A stretch of DNA of 64,000 nt. Source: Patescibacteria group bacterium. GTDB lineage: Bacteria > Patescibacteriota > Patescibacteriia > UBA10025 > JAHIVO01. Each line of letters opens with the position of its first letter. Position 1 is the first letter of the stretch. Location of the stretch: assembly GCA_041650915.1 (NCBI GenBank), contig JBAZKE010000001.1, forward strand, positions 187,284 to 251,283, given 5' to 3'. The notes below the pieces were generated by a model. It saw only the letters and a list, made by a program, of their open reading frames with translations. It was not told the DNA's origin and made no database searches. The position numbers and the translations under genes are program-made. Shown here one piece after another: positions 8,359 to 18,103 of the stretch.

Positions 8359-10629
8359 TTACTCAACCGTTTTTTGGAACTTGCACTCTTTGCTCGAGCA
8401 GCGCACTTTATTGCCGGCTGCGTACACGAGAAGCGAACCGCACTCAGGACACTTCTCGCCGGTCGGTTTGGACCACAGCGCGTACTTGCAGTCAGGATAC
8501 TTGTTGCACGAGTAGAACGTACGCCCCCGTTTCGAACGTTTGACAACGATATCGCCCTTATGACATTGCGGGCAGGTAACCCCCGTTTTCTGTTCGATGT
8601 TCTTAATATTCTTGCAGTCTGGGTAGCCCGAGCAGGCGAGGAACGGGCCAAACCGGCCGTGCTTAACCACCATCGGCTTGCCGCACTTGCCGCACACCTG
8701 GTCGGTCCCCTCGGGCAGCTGCTCTTCCACGATATCGCCGTTTTTATCGAGCGGTTTGGTATTCTTACATTCCGGATAGCCGGAGCAGGCGAGGAATTTG
8801 CCGTAGCGCCCGATTTTTATGACCATCGGCTTGCCGCACTTGTCGCACACCTTGTCAGTTTCCTGCTCGGTGAGCTCCTTCTTGCTGACCTCTTCGAGCT
8901 TGTTCATAAGGTTGTCTTTAAAGGGTTTGTAGAATTCTCTGATCACGGGAACCCACTCTTTATTGCCGTTTGCGATTTCATCGAGGTCGTCCTCCATAGT
9001 GGCGGTAAAGGCGTAGTCGACGACTTTCGGAAAGTGCTCCACGAGCACGTCGTTGACGAGCGTGCCGATCTCGGTCGGGCTCAGGCGCTTCTGGTCTTTT
9101 TCCACGTATCCGCGGCTGACGATAGTCGCGATCGTAGGTGCGTACGTAGACGGCCGCCCGATGCCGCGCTCTTCGAGCGCCTTGACGAGGCCGGCTTCCG
9201 AGTACCGTGCCGGCGGTTCGGTGAAGTGCTGCAGCGGTTCGATTTTTTTCGCATCAAGTTCCTCATCTTTCTTGACTGCAGGCAGGATTGTCTCCTTGAC
9301 GCTGTTATATACCTTCATGAACCCGTCGAACTTGATTGTTGATCCGGTTGCGCGGAATGTATACTGGCCGTTCGCATTATTAATATCGACCGATACGTTG
9401 CTCATAACGGCGCCGGGCATTTGGCTCGCCACGGCGCGGCGCCAGATCAGGTCGTAGAGCTTGTACTGCCGGGGTTCAAGGTGCTGTTTGACGCTTTCCG
9501 GTGTATGCGTTACTTCGGTGGGGCGGATCGCCTCGTGGGCTTCCTGCGCGAGCTTGGATTTTACCTTGAACCGCCGAGGCGATTCAAGTGCGTAGCTGCC
9601 GCCGTACTCTCGTTTGAGGAATGATTGCGCTTCGCCGAGAAACTTATCGGCGAGGTTTACCGAATCCGTGCGCATATACGTTATGAGCCCGACGGCGCCC
9701 GCTTTGCCAAGGCTCACGCCCTCGTACAGCTGCTGCGCCATGTACATTGTCTGCCGTGCGGAGAAGCCGAGCCTGCGGTTTGCCTCCTGCTGGAGCGATG
9801 ATGTCGTGTACGGCGGCGGCGGCGCTTTCTGGGTCTCACGCTCGCGGACGTCGGCAACGCGGTACTGCGATGTTCCGAGCTCTGTGAGTATTTTCTGCGC
9901 CGAAGCTCCATCTGCGATAGAAAATTTTTCGAGCGCTTTGCCGCCCGCCTTGGCGAGCTTCGCGACGAACGTCTCTGAGCTGCCGCCTTTTTTTGAAAAA
10001 GTCGCTTCAATGCTCCAGTACTCCTGGGGTTTGAACGCCTGAATTTCCCTTTCCCGCTCCACGATCAGGCGGAGCGCGACTGACTGCACGCGGCCCGCTG
10101 ACAAGCCTTTGGCAACTTTTTTCCAGAGGAAGGGGGAGAGCTCGTATCCGACAAGCCGGTCAAGCACGCGGCGGGCTTGCTGCGCATCCACGAGGGCACG
10201 GTTAATATCGCGGGGGTTTTCGAGCGCGCTGACGATCGCCTCTTTCGTTATTTCATGGAAAACGATCCGTTTTGACTTGCCGTCAATTTTTGGCGTGATC
10301 GTCTTGCTCCGCGCGTTCTGCTGGTTGAAAGCCTCGAGCAGGTGCCACGCGATAGCTTCTCCCTCGCGGTCTTCGTCAGTCGCGAAGTATATGGTCGGCG
10401 ACGCGAGCGCGAGCTTCTTGAGCTTGGTTACGTGCTTTTGGTTTTTTCTCGGAATGACGTACTGAGGTTCAAAGTTTTTTTTTATATCGACACCCATCTT
10501 CGAGCGCGGGAGGTCGCGGATGTGGCCGAATGACGATTCAATTACAAAATTTTTCCCGAGGAAGCGGGAAATCGTTTTTGCCTTGGTGGGCGATTCAACG
10601 ATGATCAAGCTCTTTTGTGCTTTTGCCAT
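8359..10629 (-). CDS. topA: DNA topoisomerase I
   Basis: 756 aa. TOPRIM N-terminus (IIVESPTKAKTI), topoisomerase IA core with active-site region, and four C-terminal C4 zinc-ribbon repeats (CxxC...CxxC). Confidence 0.95.
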   Translation of the reverse strand: MAKAQKSLIIVESPTKAKTISRFLGKNFVIESSFGHIRDLPRSKMGVDIKKNFEPQYVIPRKNQKHVTKLKKLALASPTIYFATDEDREGEAIAWHLLEAFNQQNARSKTITPKIDGKSKRIVFHEITKEAIVSALENPRDINRALVDAQQARRVLDRLVGYELSPFLWKKVAKGLSAGRVQSVALRLIVEREREIQAFKPQEYWSIEATFSKKGGSSETFVAKLAKAGGKALEKFSIADGASAQKILTELGTSQYRVADVRERETQKAPPPPYTTSSLQQEANRRLGFSARQTMYMAQQLYEGVSLGKAGAVGLITYMRTDSVNLADKFLGEAQSFLKREYGGSYALESPRRFKVKSKLAQEAHEAIRPTEVTHTPESVKQHLEPRQYKLYDLIWRRAVASQMPGAVMSNVSVDINNANGQYTFRATGSTIKFDGFMKVYNSVKETILPAVKKDEELDAKKIEPLQHFTEPPARYSEAGLVKALEERGIGRPSTYAPTIATIVSRGYVEKDQKRLSPTEIGTLVNDVLVEHFPKVVDYAFTATMEDDLDEIANGNKEWVPVIREFYKPFKDNLMNKLEEVSKKELTEQETDKVCDKCGKPMVIKIGRYGKFLACSGYPECKNTKPLDKNGDIVEEQLPEGTDQVCGKCGKPMVVKHGRFGPFLACSGYPDCKNIKNIEQKTGVTCPQCHKGDIVVKRSKRGRTFYSCNKYPDCKYALWSKPTGEKCPECGSLLVYAAGNKVRCSSKECKFQKTVE

Positions 10630-11777
10630 TGTATTTTGCCTGTATGTCCAGCTGCCTGCGTATACCGCATTCCGCCGAGGTGCTGGACAGCTCCCTTCAC
10701 CTCGAGCATGGAGAGTGTTGCGTTAATTGTACTGGTATTCAGTTTACACATACGATTTATTTCGTCAATATGGAGCGGGCCGGAAGACAGGAGATCCCAC
10801 AGTATTTTTTCTTCGTCGGTATCGAGTTTCGGCGCGCACTGCTGTCCGGTCGGCGTGTTCGCCTCAACGCCGAGTGCGTTGAGCACATCCTCTGTATCCA
10901 TGATGAGTGCGGCGCCCATCTTGATGAGCGCATTCGGCCCCCGCGATCTGGCACTGGTAATATTACCGGGTACGGCGAGCACGTCACGGTTCTGGTCGAG
11001 CGCACACCGGGCCGTGATCAGCGATCCGGAATCATCCGCTCCTTCGATAACGAGCACAGCCTTCGAAAGTCCTGCGATGATTCTGTTTCGTGCGGGGAAG
11101 TGGCCCCTGAGCGGCTCCGTGCCGGGCGGATATTCTGATAGCAAACAGCCGCCCTGCTCAATGATTGAGCAGGCAAGATTGATATTGGTCCTGGGGTATA
11201 CCGTATCCAGACCGCATCCGAGCACTGCCGCGGTAGTTCCGCCAGCATCAAGTGCGGCACGGTGGGCGAGCGCGTCGATGCCGAGCGCGAGCCCGGATAC
11301 GATTGTGATGCCAGCCCGGGCAAGGTCGCCGACGAGCCGGGGGGTTATCGTCCGTCCATAGGGGCTCGTCCGGCGGGTTCCGACGACAGCGAGCGCAGGA
11401 ACGCCGTCTGGCGGAAGCGTGCCGCGTATATAGAGCAGGGCGGGCGGCGAGTGGATTTCTTTTAATAACGCTGGATACCGTTCGTCTTGGATAGTGATGA
11501 TCGTTTGTCCAGAATCCTCCACGGTGCGTTGCAGCAGCTCCGGATCAACTGAATTGCGCTGCTCTACGATCGTCCGCGCGTACTGCGGTTGTATGCCTCT
11601 TTTGACGAGCTCGGCGGCTGCAGCGTTCCAGGCAGTTTCCATGGAGGGAAAGCATTCGCTGAGGTGCCGTATGGTCCGTGGGCCTATGTTATGCATCGCC
11701 GAGAAACCGATCCAGTATTTCGTATCGCGTTGGCTCATAAATAAAGAAGACCTTTCTGTCGAGGGGAAGGTCTGCAT
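10605..11777 (-). CDS. dprA: DNA processing protein A (DprA/Smf)
   Basis: Rossmann-like DprA core (GLALGIDALAHRAALDAGGTTAAVLGCGLDTVYP) plus C-terminal winged-helix domain. Overlaps the topA start by 25 bp, giving the classic dprA-topA arrangement. Confidence 0.85.
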   Translation of the reverse strand: MQTFPSTERSSLFMSQRDTKYWIGFSAMHNIGPRTIRHLSECFPSMETAWNAAAAELVKRGIQPQYARTIVEQRNSVDPELLQRTVEDSGQTIITIQDERYPALLKEIHSPPALLYIRGTLPPDGVPALAVVGTRRTSPYGRTITPRLVGDLARAGITIVSGLALGIDALAHRAALDAGGTTAAVLGCGLDTVYPRTNINLACSIIEQGGCLLSEYPPGTEPLRGHFPARNRIIAGLSKAVLVIEGADDSGSLITARCALDQNRDVLAVPGNITSARSRGPNALIKMGAALIMDTEDVLNALGVEANTPTGQQCAPKLDTDEEKILWDLLSSGPLHIDEINRMCKLNTSTINATLSMLEVKGAVQHLGGMRYTQAAGHTGKIQWQKHKRA

Positions 11778-11815
11778 TCAGCATAGCAGCTGCAGTGAAA
11801 TTTCGCAAACGGGCG

Positions 11816-14800
11816 TTACGATCGTTCCTTGGTCTCGAAAATTTTTATGACCTTCTTCAGCTCTTCGAGCCAGCCATCCCCGAGCTTGTCGAGGTCAATT
11901 TTAATGCTGTCGTCATTGAACTGCCAGTCCGTATTTTTTTGCAGGAGGCGCGCAAGGTTTTCCGGTTTGAGGGGAAAAAGGAATTTGAGGATGAGCCGGC
12001 GCCTCTTGTGCCCGAATTCATCCGTCATCAGCGATGTATCAATGTGGGAGATGTCAGTCTTCTGCGCAAGGATGCGTACCTCGAGCACTTCAAAGAGATT
12101 GAGGAGCTGCTGCGGAAAGGTGCGCTGCTCTTCTCTGGTTCGCGATCGGAACATTTTTTCTTTCAGCTCATGCAGGTCCTCGAGCCTCGTGATTCCCGCC
12201 ATCTTCTGGTATAGAATAAGCCGTTCCTCTTCGGGCAGGAATTCAGGAGGGATAAACGATTCGAGCGGAAGGTCGAGCAAGATGTCCCGGATCGGCTCCT
12301 GAACCTTGCCAAACTTAAGTTCTTCAATCGCCTGGGCGAGCAGCCGCGTATACAGTGAGAGGCCTATTGCCGAGACCTTGCCGTGCTGTTCTCTGCCGAG
12401 TATGTTGCCGGCTCCGCGGATTTCGAGGTCGCGCAGCGCGAGCTGGAATCCGCTCCCGAGTTTCTTCGCCTCCATGAGCGCCTCGAGGCGCTTCTTCGCG
12501 TTGCCCTTGAGTTTCTTGCGGTTGTACAGGAAGTACGCGTACGCTTGCCGTTCGCCGCGGCCGATCCTTCCGCGGAGCTGGTAGAGCTGCGCGAGCCCGA
12601 AATTGGTGGCATTATCAACGATCATGGTGTTGACGTTCGGCAGGTCGAGCCCATTCTCAATGATGGTTGAGCATACGAGGACGTTGGTTTTCTGCGTATC
12701 GAAGTCGGCCATTGCCTGTGCGAGGTCTTTTTCCGGGAGGCGCCCGTGTGCGATGCCGAACGTGCCACCAGGCACAAGCTTTTTAAGCGTCTCAGCGGCA
12801 AAGCTGATCGTTTCAACCTTATTGTGGAGGTAGTACACCTGTCCGTTGCGCTTGAGTTCGCGGCTGATGGCGTCCTTGATCAGGCCATCAGCGTGCTGTT
12901 CGATGTAGGTTTCGATCGGGAGCCTTCCTTCCGGCGGCGTTTCGATGATGCTCACATCCCGGACGCCGGAGAGCGCAATGTTGAGCGTACGCGGTATCGG
13001 AGTGGCCGTGAGCGTCAGAATGTGCGTCTGCGTCCGGAATGCCTTGAGTTTTTCCTTCGCCTTCACTCCGAAACGCTGTTCTTCGTCGATGATGATGAGG
13101 CCGAGGTTTTTGAAATTGACGTCAGCCGAGAGGAGCCGGTGCGTACCGATGACGATATCAATCAGGCCGCTCTTAAGCTTCTCAATTGTGTCTTTTTGCT
13201 CCTTCTCGGTCTCAAACCGCGAGAGGATGCCAACTTTCACGGGGAATTTTTTCAGCCGTGCCTTGAACGTGTCGAAGTGCTGCTGCGTGAGGATTGTTGT
13301 CGGGGCGAGCAGCGCAACCTGCTTCTTATTCATGACCGCCTTAAAAGCAGCGCGCACCGCCACTTCGGTTTTACCGAATCCAACGTCGCCGCAGATCAGC
13401 CGGTCCATCGGCGTTTCACGCTCCAGGTCCGTCGCGACGTCCGTAATGGCCCTTTCCTGGTCCGGCGTCTCGTCGTAGGGGAACGCTTTGCTCAGTTCCT
13501 GCTCTTCGGGAGTGCTCTTTGAGAACGGTTTCACCTTGACCATCTCACGCTTGGCGTAGATTTTCAGCAGCTCCTGCGCGAGGATCTTTGCTTCCTGCTT
13601 CACTTTTCGGGTCAGCTGGTACCAGTGGCTGCCGGACAGCCGGTGGAGTTTTGGGTGGGCCATGCCGATGTACTTTGAAATTTTATCGGCTGTTTCCACA
13701 GGAACCGAGAGCTTGTCACCCTCTGCGTACTGGATCGAGAAGTACTCTTTGGCAACCCCTTCAATCGTATGCTTTTCCATGCCGGTGAACTTGCCGATTC
13801 CATGGTCGAGGTGCACAACATAGTCACCAGGCCGCAGCCCCATGATGAATGCTTGGTCTACCCTCCGCCTCGGGACTTCCTGCTTCGATTGTTCTTCGCC
13901 GAAGATTTCTTTATCGGTGAGGAAGAGGATTTTCGCTGCGTCATTGATAAAGCCGCTAATCTCGTTGCCAAACGGCAGTAATGAAAAATCGGACAGAGGC
14001 AGTTTTTTTTCTTTAAGGAGCTGCTGAATGCTGCTCGCCTTATCGGTTGCGATGTGTATCGTCCAGTTCTTTTTCGCATACTGCTTGAGGTCAGCAGCCA
14101 GGTTGTTGAGCCGGTTTCTGTACAAGGGGGCGGCCTGAAAAGAAAAGTCATGCACTTTTTTTGAAAAATCCCTAATGGTAATCACCTCGTACGGATCGAG
14201 CTTTTGCTCGATGTGTTGCCAATCGGGGAGTATTGAGTTGATTTCTTCGGTATCGTGGTAGAGGATGATGGGGTTGCCGATACATTCGAGGTACCCGAAG
14301 AGCGTCGTGCGGGTATTCGTACGGATAAAACTTTTCGCGATGACCGTGCACGCCGCAACTTCTCCGGTACTCCGCTTGGTAACCGGATTGAACCGGTTGA
14401 TTTTACTGATTGCATTGTCGCTGAATTCTATTTTTACCGGCTGCTCTTCATTGACCGGGTATACGTCGAGTACGCCGCCGCGCCGGGCAAAGTATCCCGG
14501 TTCGCTCGCATGGCTCGAAAAGTCGTAGCCAAACCGTACGAGCTTCTGCGAGAGTTCGGCAGGCGTCGACCGGTCGTTGCTCGCTATCTGTATCTCATGT
14601 TCACTGATACCGCTGAGCGAAGGGAATTTTTCACTCAAGCTGCTGAATGTTGCGATGACCGTCTGCGGTATTCGTTTTGAGAGCCTCGCTGCGTTGAGCG
14701 GCGTAACGCGGTGCAGCTTCCATACGGGCTGCTGGATTTTCATTGTACGGTACCAGTACCGGAGCGCGGCTTCGGCACTGCGGGTATCTTCGTCGCGGAT

Positions 14801-15028
14801 AAGCCAAAAAACCACCCTTTTCTGCAGGGATTGCGTAGATGCTATGAAGTACGCCTGTATAGCGATTGTTGGGAGCCCCGTTACCGGCAGCTTAATACCT
14901 TTTTTGAGGAGTTGCGGGACAATTTTGAAAGGCTCGGGTACAGCTGCGCGCTCGTCACCTTGTGCTGGCACTGATTTTTGGTCTTTAATTAGCTGGAAAA
15001 ATAGTATACGACAGCCCAATGAGCTCAA
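11816..15028 (-). CDS. mfd: Transcription-repair coupling factor
   Basis: 1070 aa. UvrB-like N-terminus, RNAP-interacting domain and superfamily-2 helicase motifs (LICGDVGFGKTEVA, DEEQRFGV, TLTATPIPRT). TTG start at 15028 preceded by a GGGAGG RBS. Confidence 0.85.
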   Translation of the reverse strand: MSSLGCRILFFQLIKDQKSVPAQGDERAAVPEPFKIVPQLLKKGIKLPVTGLPTIAIQAYFIASTQSLQKRVVFWLIRDEDTRSAEAALRYWYRTMKIQQPVWKLHRVTPLNAARLSKRIPQTVIATFSSLSEKFPSLSGISEHEIQIASNDRSTPAELSQKLVRFGYDFSSHASEPGYFARRGGVLDVYPVNEEQPVKIEFSDNAISKINRFNPVTKRSTGEVAACTVIAKSFIRTNTRTTLFGYLECIGNPIILYHDTEEINSILPDWQHIEQKLDPYEVITIRDFSKKVHDFSFQAAPLYRNRLNNLAADLKQYAKKNWTIHIATDKASSIQQLLKEKKLPLSDFSLLPFGNEISGFINDAAKILFLTDKEIFGEEQSKQEVPRRRVDQAFIMGLRPGDYVVHLDHGIGKFTGMEKHTIEGVAKEYFSIQYAEGDKLSVPVETADKISKYIGMAHPKLHRLSGSHWYQLTRKVKQEAKILAQELLKIYAKREMVKVKPFSKSTPEEQELSKAFPYDETPDQERAITDVATDLERETPMDRLICGDVGFGKTEVAVRAAFKAVMNKKQVALLAPTTILTQQHFDTFKARLKKFPVKVGILSRFETEKEQKDTIEKLKSGLIDIVIGTHRLLSADVNFKNLGLIIIDEEQRFGVKAKEKLKAFRTQTHILTLTATPIPRTLNIALSGVRDVSIIETPPEGRLPIETYIEQHADGLIKDAISRELKRNGQVYYLHNKVETISFAAETLKKLVPGGTFGIAHGRLPEKDLAQAMADFDTQKTNVLVCSTIIENGLDLPNVNTMIVDNATNFGLAQLYQLRGRIGRGERQAYAYFLYNRKKLKGNAKKRLEALMEAKKLGSGFQLALRDLEIRGAGNILGREQHGKVSAIGLSLYTRLLAQAIEELKFGKVQEPIRDILLDLPLESFIPPEFLPEEERLILYQKMAGITRLEDLHELKEKMFRSRTREEQRTFPQQLLNLFEVLEVRILAQKTDISHIDTSLMTDEFGHKRRRLILKFLFPLKPENLARLLQKNTDWQFNDDSIKIDLDKLGDGWLEELKKVIKIFETKERS

Positions 15029-15305
15029 ATCCTCCCTTGCACCGGGAGGGTCTTGACATGGGCCATCTACTCTGCTAGTATGTAGTATTACAATTGTTTT
15101 TTAAAAAATCAAGTGGAAAACTGACTTGAGCTCAGCTTTCTGCCTCCAATGCGGCAAACGTTAGGTAACCCCTCCTAAAACCTGATAAGTAGCCACAAGA
15201 TAAGGTTGTACAGTTTTGTACTGTACGATCTTGCGCTTGGAGGCAGTAAGCTGGGTTTTTTGATACAAAAAAGAATGGCAAAGCCGTATCCGTTGCAGAG
15301 GGCTG

Positions 15306-16400
15306 CTACCTGCCAGTCCGCTTGAGTGCAAGACCCGCTGCGATCGACATCTTCGGCGCTATGTTCATGAGCTCTTCTTCAAGGTCGGTGGGGTAGGATA
15401 TCCGCTGCCAGGGATTTGCGATTGTCGTATTGATTCCGAGCACCTGCTGGAGGTATGCAGGGAAGTTTTTCATTCGTGCGCAGCCGCCCGTGATTATTAT
15501 CTCGGAGATGCTGCCCCGATTCATCTTTTTAAACGCATAGATGAGGCGCTTGAGCTCCTGGGTCAGCATGTTGTCGATGACGAATTTGATTGCCTTGCTC
15601 GCTGGATGCGAGTACTCGCCGGACTCCGGCAAGCCGATGCTCAGTTTGAATTGCTCGGCGCGTTCGGCGGTAATATTCATCGTGTTTGCGATATTCCTGT
15701 CGATCGTTTCCCCGCCAACATCGGTGTGGCGCGAGAGTATCGGGACTCCGTGCCAGAAAATGATCATGTTCGTGGTCGTAGCACCCATATCGACAACCAT
15801 GAAGGCGTCGCCGTTCGACGGCTGGAGTGAGCGGCGAAATGCGGCAGCTTCTGTCTCGAGGCCGATGAGCGTGAGATCAAGCTCTTTGAAGATGCTGATG
15901 TAATTATTGATCGTTTCTTTCGGAGCGGCTGTTAAAATGATTGGCATCGTTTTTTTAACCTCCTTGCCTTTTTCCTGTTTCTCGTCAGTCTTCTTTTCGG
16001 GTGACATCCATTCGGGAATTACGTGCCAGTCAACGGACATTTTATCTACAGGGAGCGGGAGCAGCTTTTTGGCTTCCCACGTAATTGCCGACGCGATTTC
16101 TTTGTCAGGCATTGCTGGCAGATCAATGAGTGCGCTGAAGACGTTCAAGGAGGGGAGTGACGCGACAACTTCAGTGGCTCTCGTCTTTGCGCTCTGCAGG
16201 AGATCGCGCAGGTGTTGCACTGCTTCGGTCTTGTTCTGGATAGCGCCGCGTTCTGGTGCGGTTTCAGGGAGCTCGGCAATGCCGTACGTAATGAGACGCA
16301 CGTGGTTATCCTCGTTGCGGAGCTCGACCGCTTTGATTGCAGCCGCTCCGAGGTCAATCCCGAGCGTGCTTACATTTTTAATGTTTTTTCCAAATGCCAT
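15306..16400 (-). CDS. pilM: Type IV pilus assembly protein PilM (actin-like ATPase)
   Basis: 364 aa. N-terminal 'LGIDLGAAAIKAVEL' actin-fold phosphate-1 motif, with PilM-like length and organisation. Sits immediately downstream of pilT. Confidence 0.7.
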   Translation of the reverse strand: MAFGKNIKNVSTLGIDLGAAAIKAVELRNEDNHVRLITYGIAELPETAPERGAIQNKTEAVQHLRDLLQSAKTRATEVVASLPSLNVFSALIDLPAMPDKEIASAITWEAKKLLPLPVDKMSVDWHVIPEWMSPEKKTDEKQEKGKEVKKTMPIILTAAPKETINNYISIFKELDLTLIGLETEAAAFRRSLQPSNGDAFMVVDMGATTTNMIIFWHGVPILSRHTDVGGETIDRNIANTMNITAERAEQFKLSIGLPESGEYSHPASKAIKFVIDNMLTQELKRLIYAFKKMNRGSISEIIITGGCARMKNFPAYLQQVLGINTTIANPWQRISYPTDLEEELMNIAPKMSIAAGLALKRTGR

Positions 16401-16409
16401 ATAGTGTTA

Positions 16410-17483
16410 TTACGTTTGCAGCATGTACTGCAGCTGCTGTGGATCATTCGAGTGTTTAAGTGCGTCTTCCGGGAGTATCTGGTTTGACTTGACGAGTTCG
16501 GCGAGGGACCAGTCCAGGGAAACCATCCCCTCAGCACGTGATGTTTGGATGATGTTGTTGATCTGGTGCAGCGAACCTTCTCTGATATTTGATTGGATAG
16601 GCGGGATCATCCTCATGATTTCCGCGACCGCAACTTGTCCGCCGCCGATTTTTGGGATGAGCCGCTGGCAGATTGTTGCAGCGAGGTTCAACGAGAGTTG
16701 CTGCCTGATTTGGCCCTGCTCAACACTTGAAAAGCTGTTGAGAATGAGCTCAAGCGTCCTCATGGTAGTATCCGCTTCAACATTGGCAATGACGAGCCTC
16801 CCCGATGCGGCGATCGTGAGCGCCTGCTTGATGACGGAAGGGGAGGTCACTTCCGAGAGAAAAAGCACGTTGACATCTTCCTGCGTTATGCTGCTGAGGG
16901 CGTGTTCAAATGAGATCGCGTCCCTGCCGATTTCACGCTGCTCGACGATACTCTTCCTATTTTGAAAAATATATTCGATCGGCCTCTCAATGGTAAGGAT
17001 ATATGCGGATCTGTGTTCATTGATATACTCGAGTATCGAAGCGGACGTGGTCGTTTTACCGGATCCAAATACGCCGCTGATGAGGAGCAAGCCTTCTCGG
17101 AGTTGGGCAAGGTCATAAAGCGCCGTCGGCAGGCCAAGCTGTTCGAGCGGGATGATGCGGTCGCCAATCAGCCGAAGGTATGCCGCGAGCACCTTTTTTT
17201 GGTAAAAGATATTAACCCGAAATCGTGCCTGCTTCTGGTGCTGGTAGGCGAATACCAATTCTTTTTCCTTTTGTAGCTGCTCTCGCTGGCCCTCATCAAG
17301 GATTTCCTCGGTGAATTCCTCCATGAATTCCTTCGTGATAATTTCCTCACCTTTCAGCGGTATCAGCTGTCCGTTCATTCTGAGCGTCGGAGGGCTCCCT
17401 ACGGAGAGATGGAGGTCAGATGCCTTCTGTTCGGCAGTCGTGCTAAGGATGTTATTGAGGACGAGTTTTGATTGCGTATCCAT
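16410..17483 (-). CDS. pilT: Type IV pilus retraction ATPase PilT (twitching motility)
   Basis: 357 aa. Walker A 'GVFGSGKTT', Asp box, Walker B and His box characteristic of the PilT/PilU secretion ATPase family. Confidence 0.85.
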   Translation of the reverse strand: MDTQSKLVLNNILSTTAEQKASDLHLSVGSPPTLRMNGQLIPLKGEEIITKEFMEEFTEEILDEGQREQLQKEKELVFAYQHQKQARFRVNIFYQKKVLAAYLRLIGDRIIPLEQLGLPTALYDLAQLREGLLLISGVFGSGKTTTSASILEYINEHRSAYILTIERPIEYIFQNRKSIVEQREIGRDAISFEHALSSITQEDVNVLFLSEVTSPSVIKQALTIAASGRLVIANVEADTTMRTLELILNSFSSVEQGQIRQQLSLNLAATICQRLIPKIGGGQVAVAEIMRMIPPIQSNIREGSLHQINNIIQTSRAEGMVSLDWSLAELVKSNQILPEDALKHSNDPQQLQYMLQT

Positions 17484-17508
17484 AGTGTGCGGCAGATTGA
17501 TTATATTA

Positions 17509-18099
17509 TCAGTATACCTCTTTTTGCTGTTTTTGATTATACGTTTGGGCGGCTGTTTCAGGACTGTGGTTCAGGAATGCATCCACGGCCTGTACGGCCC
17601 GGCCAATGATTGGTACGAGCTCGGCGCGTTCTTCCGTGGTGAACGGCGATAGGACGTACGCCTCGCCCGGCATGGTATCTTTCGTTTTTCCGGCAATGCC
17701 TATCCTCATACGCCAGAAGCTGTCTTTCGGGAGGACTTCCATCGTTGACAGCGCTCCCTTATGCCCCGCCGCGCTATGCCCCCGTTGAATTTTCAGCTGG
17801 GAAAATGGAATATCGAGGTCATCGTGGATAATAAGAAAATTATCCGGCTGAGCCCTATCAAGCTTGAAGTAGTCTATGAGCGATTCAAGAGCCGCGCCGG
17901 ATTCATTCATATAGGTAGTCGGTTTGGCCAGAATGATATCTGGATTTTCAGAAAGTATGCAGTGTAAAGCTTTATTTTCTTTCAATGGCGAACGCTCTGA
18001 TGATTGCACCAGCGCATCAACGACTCTGAAGCCGATATTGTGCCTCGTTTTCTCGTACTTTTTCCCTGGGTTGCCGAGTCCAATGATGAGTTTTTTCAT
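17509..18099 (-). CDS. pth: Peptidyl-tRNA hydrolase
   Basis: 196 aa, 'LIIGLGNPGKKYEKTRHNIGF' Pth signature. Confidence 0.9.
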   Translation of the reverse strand: MKKLIIGLGNPGKKYEKTRHNIGFRVVDALVQSSERSPLKENKALHCILSENPDIILAKPTTYMNESGAALESLIDYFKLDRAQPDNFLIIHDDLDIPFSQLKIQRGHSAAGHKGALSTMEVLPKDSFWRMRIGIAGKTKDTMPGEAYVLSPFTTEERAELVPIIGRAVQAVDAFLNHSPETAAQTYNQKQQKEVY

Positions 18100-18103
18100 G
18101 GGA

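Noticed and set aside
8305-9342. 345-aa ORF on the plus strand
   Set aside because: Lies entirely antisense within topA and has an Ala/Arg/Leu-rich composition typical of GC-rich antisense frames, with no motifs. topA on the opposite strand is unambiguous.
10615-11361. 248-aa and 173-aa plus-strand ORFs
   Set aside because: Antisense to dprA, with no RBS or motif.
12746-13522. 258-aa and 177-aa plus-strand ORFs inside mfd
   Set aside because: Antisense to a strongly supported helicase gene, low-complexity Arg-rich translation, spurious.
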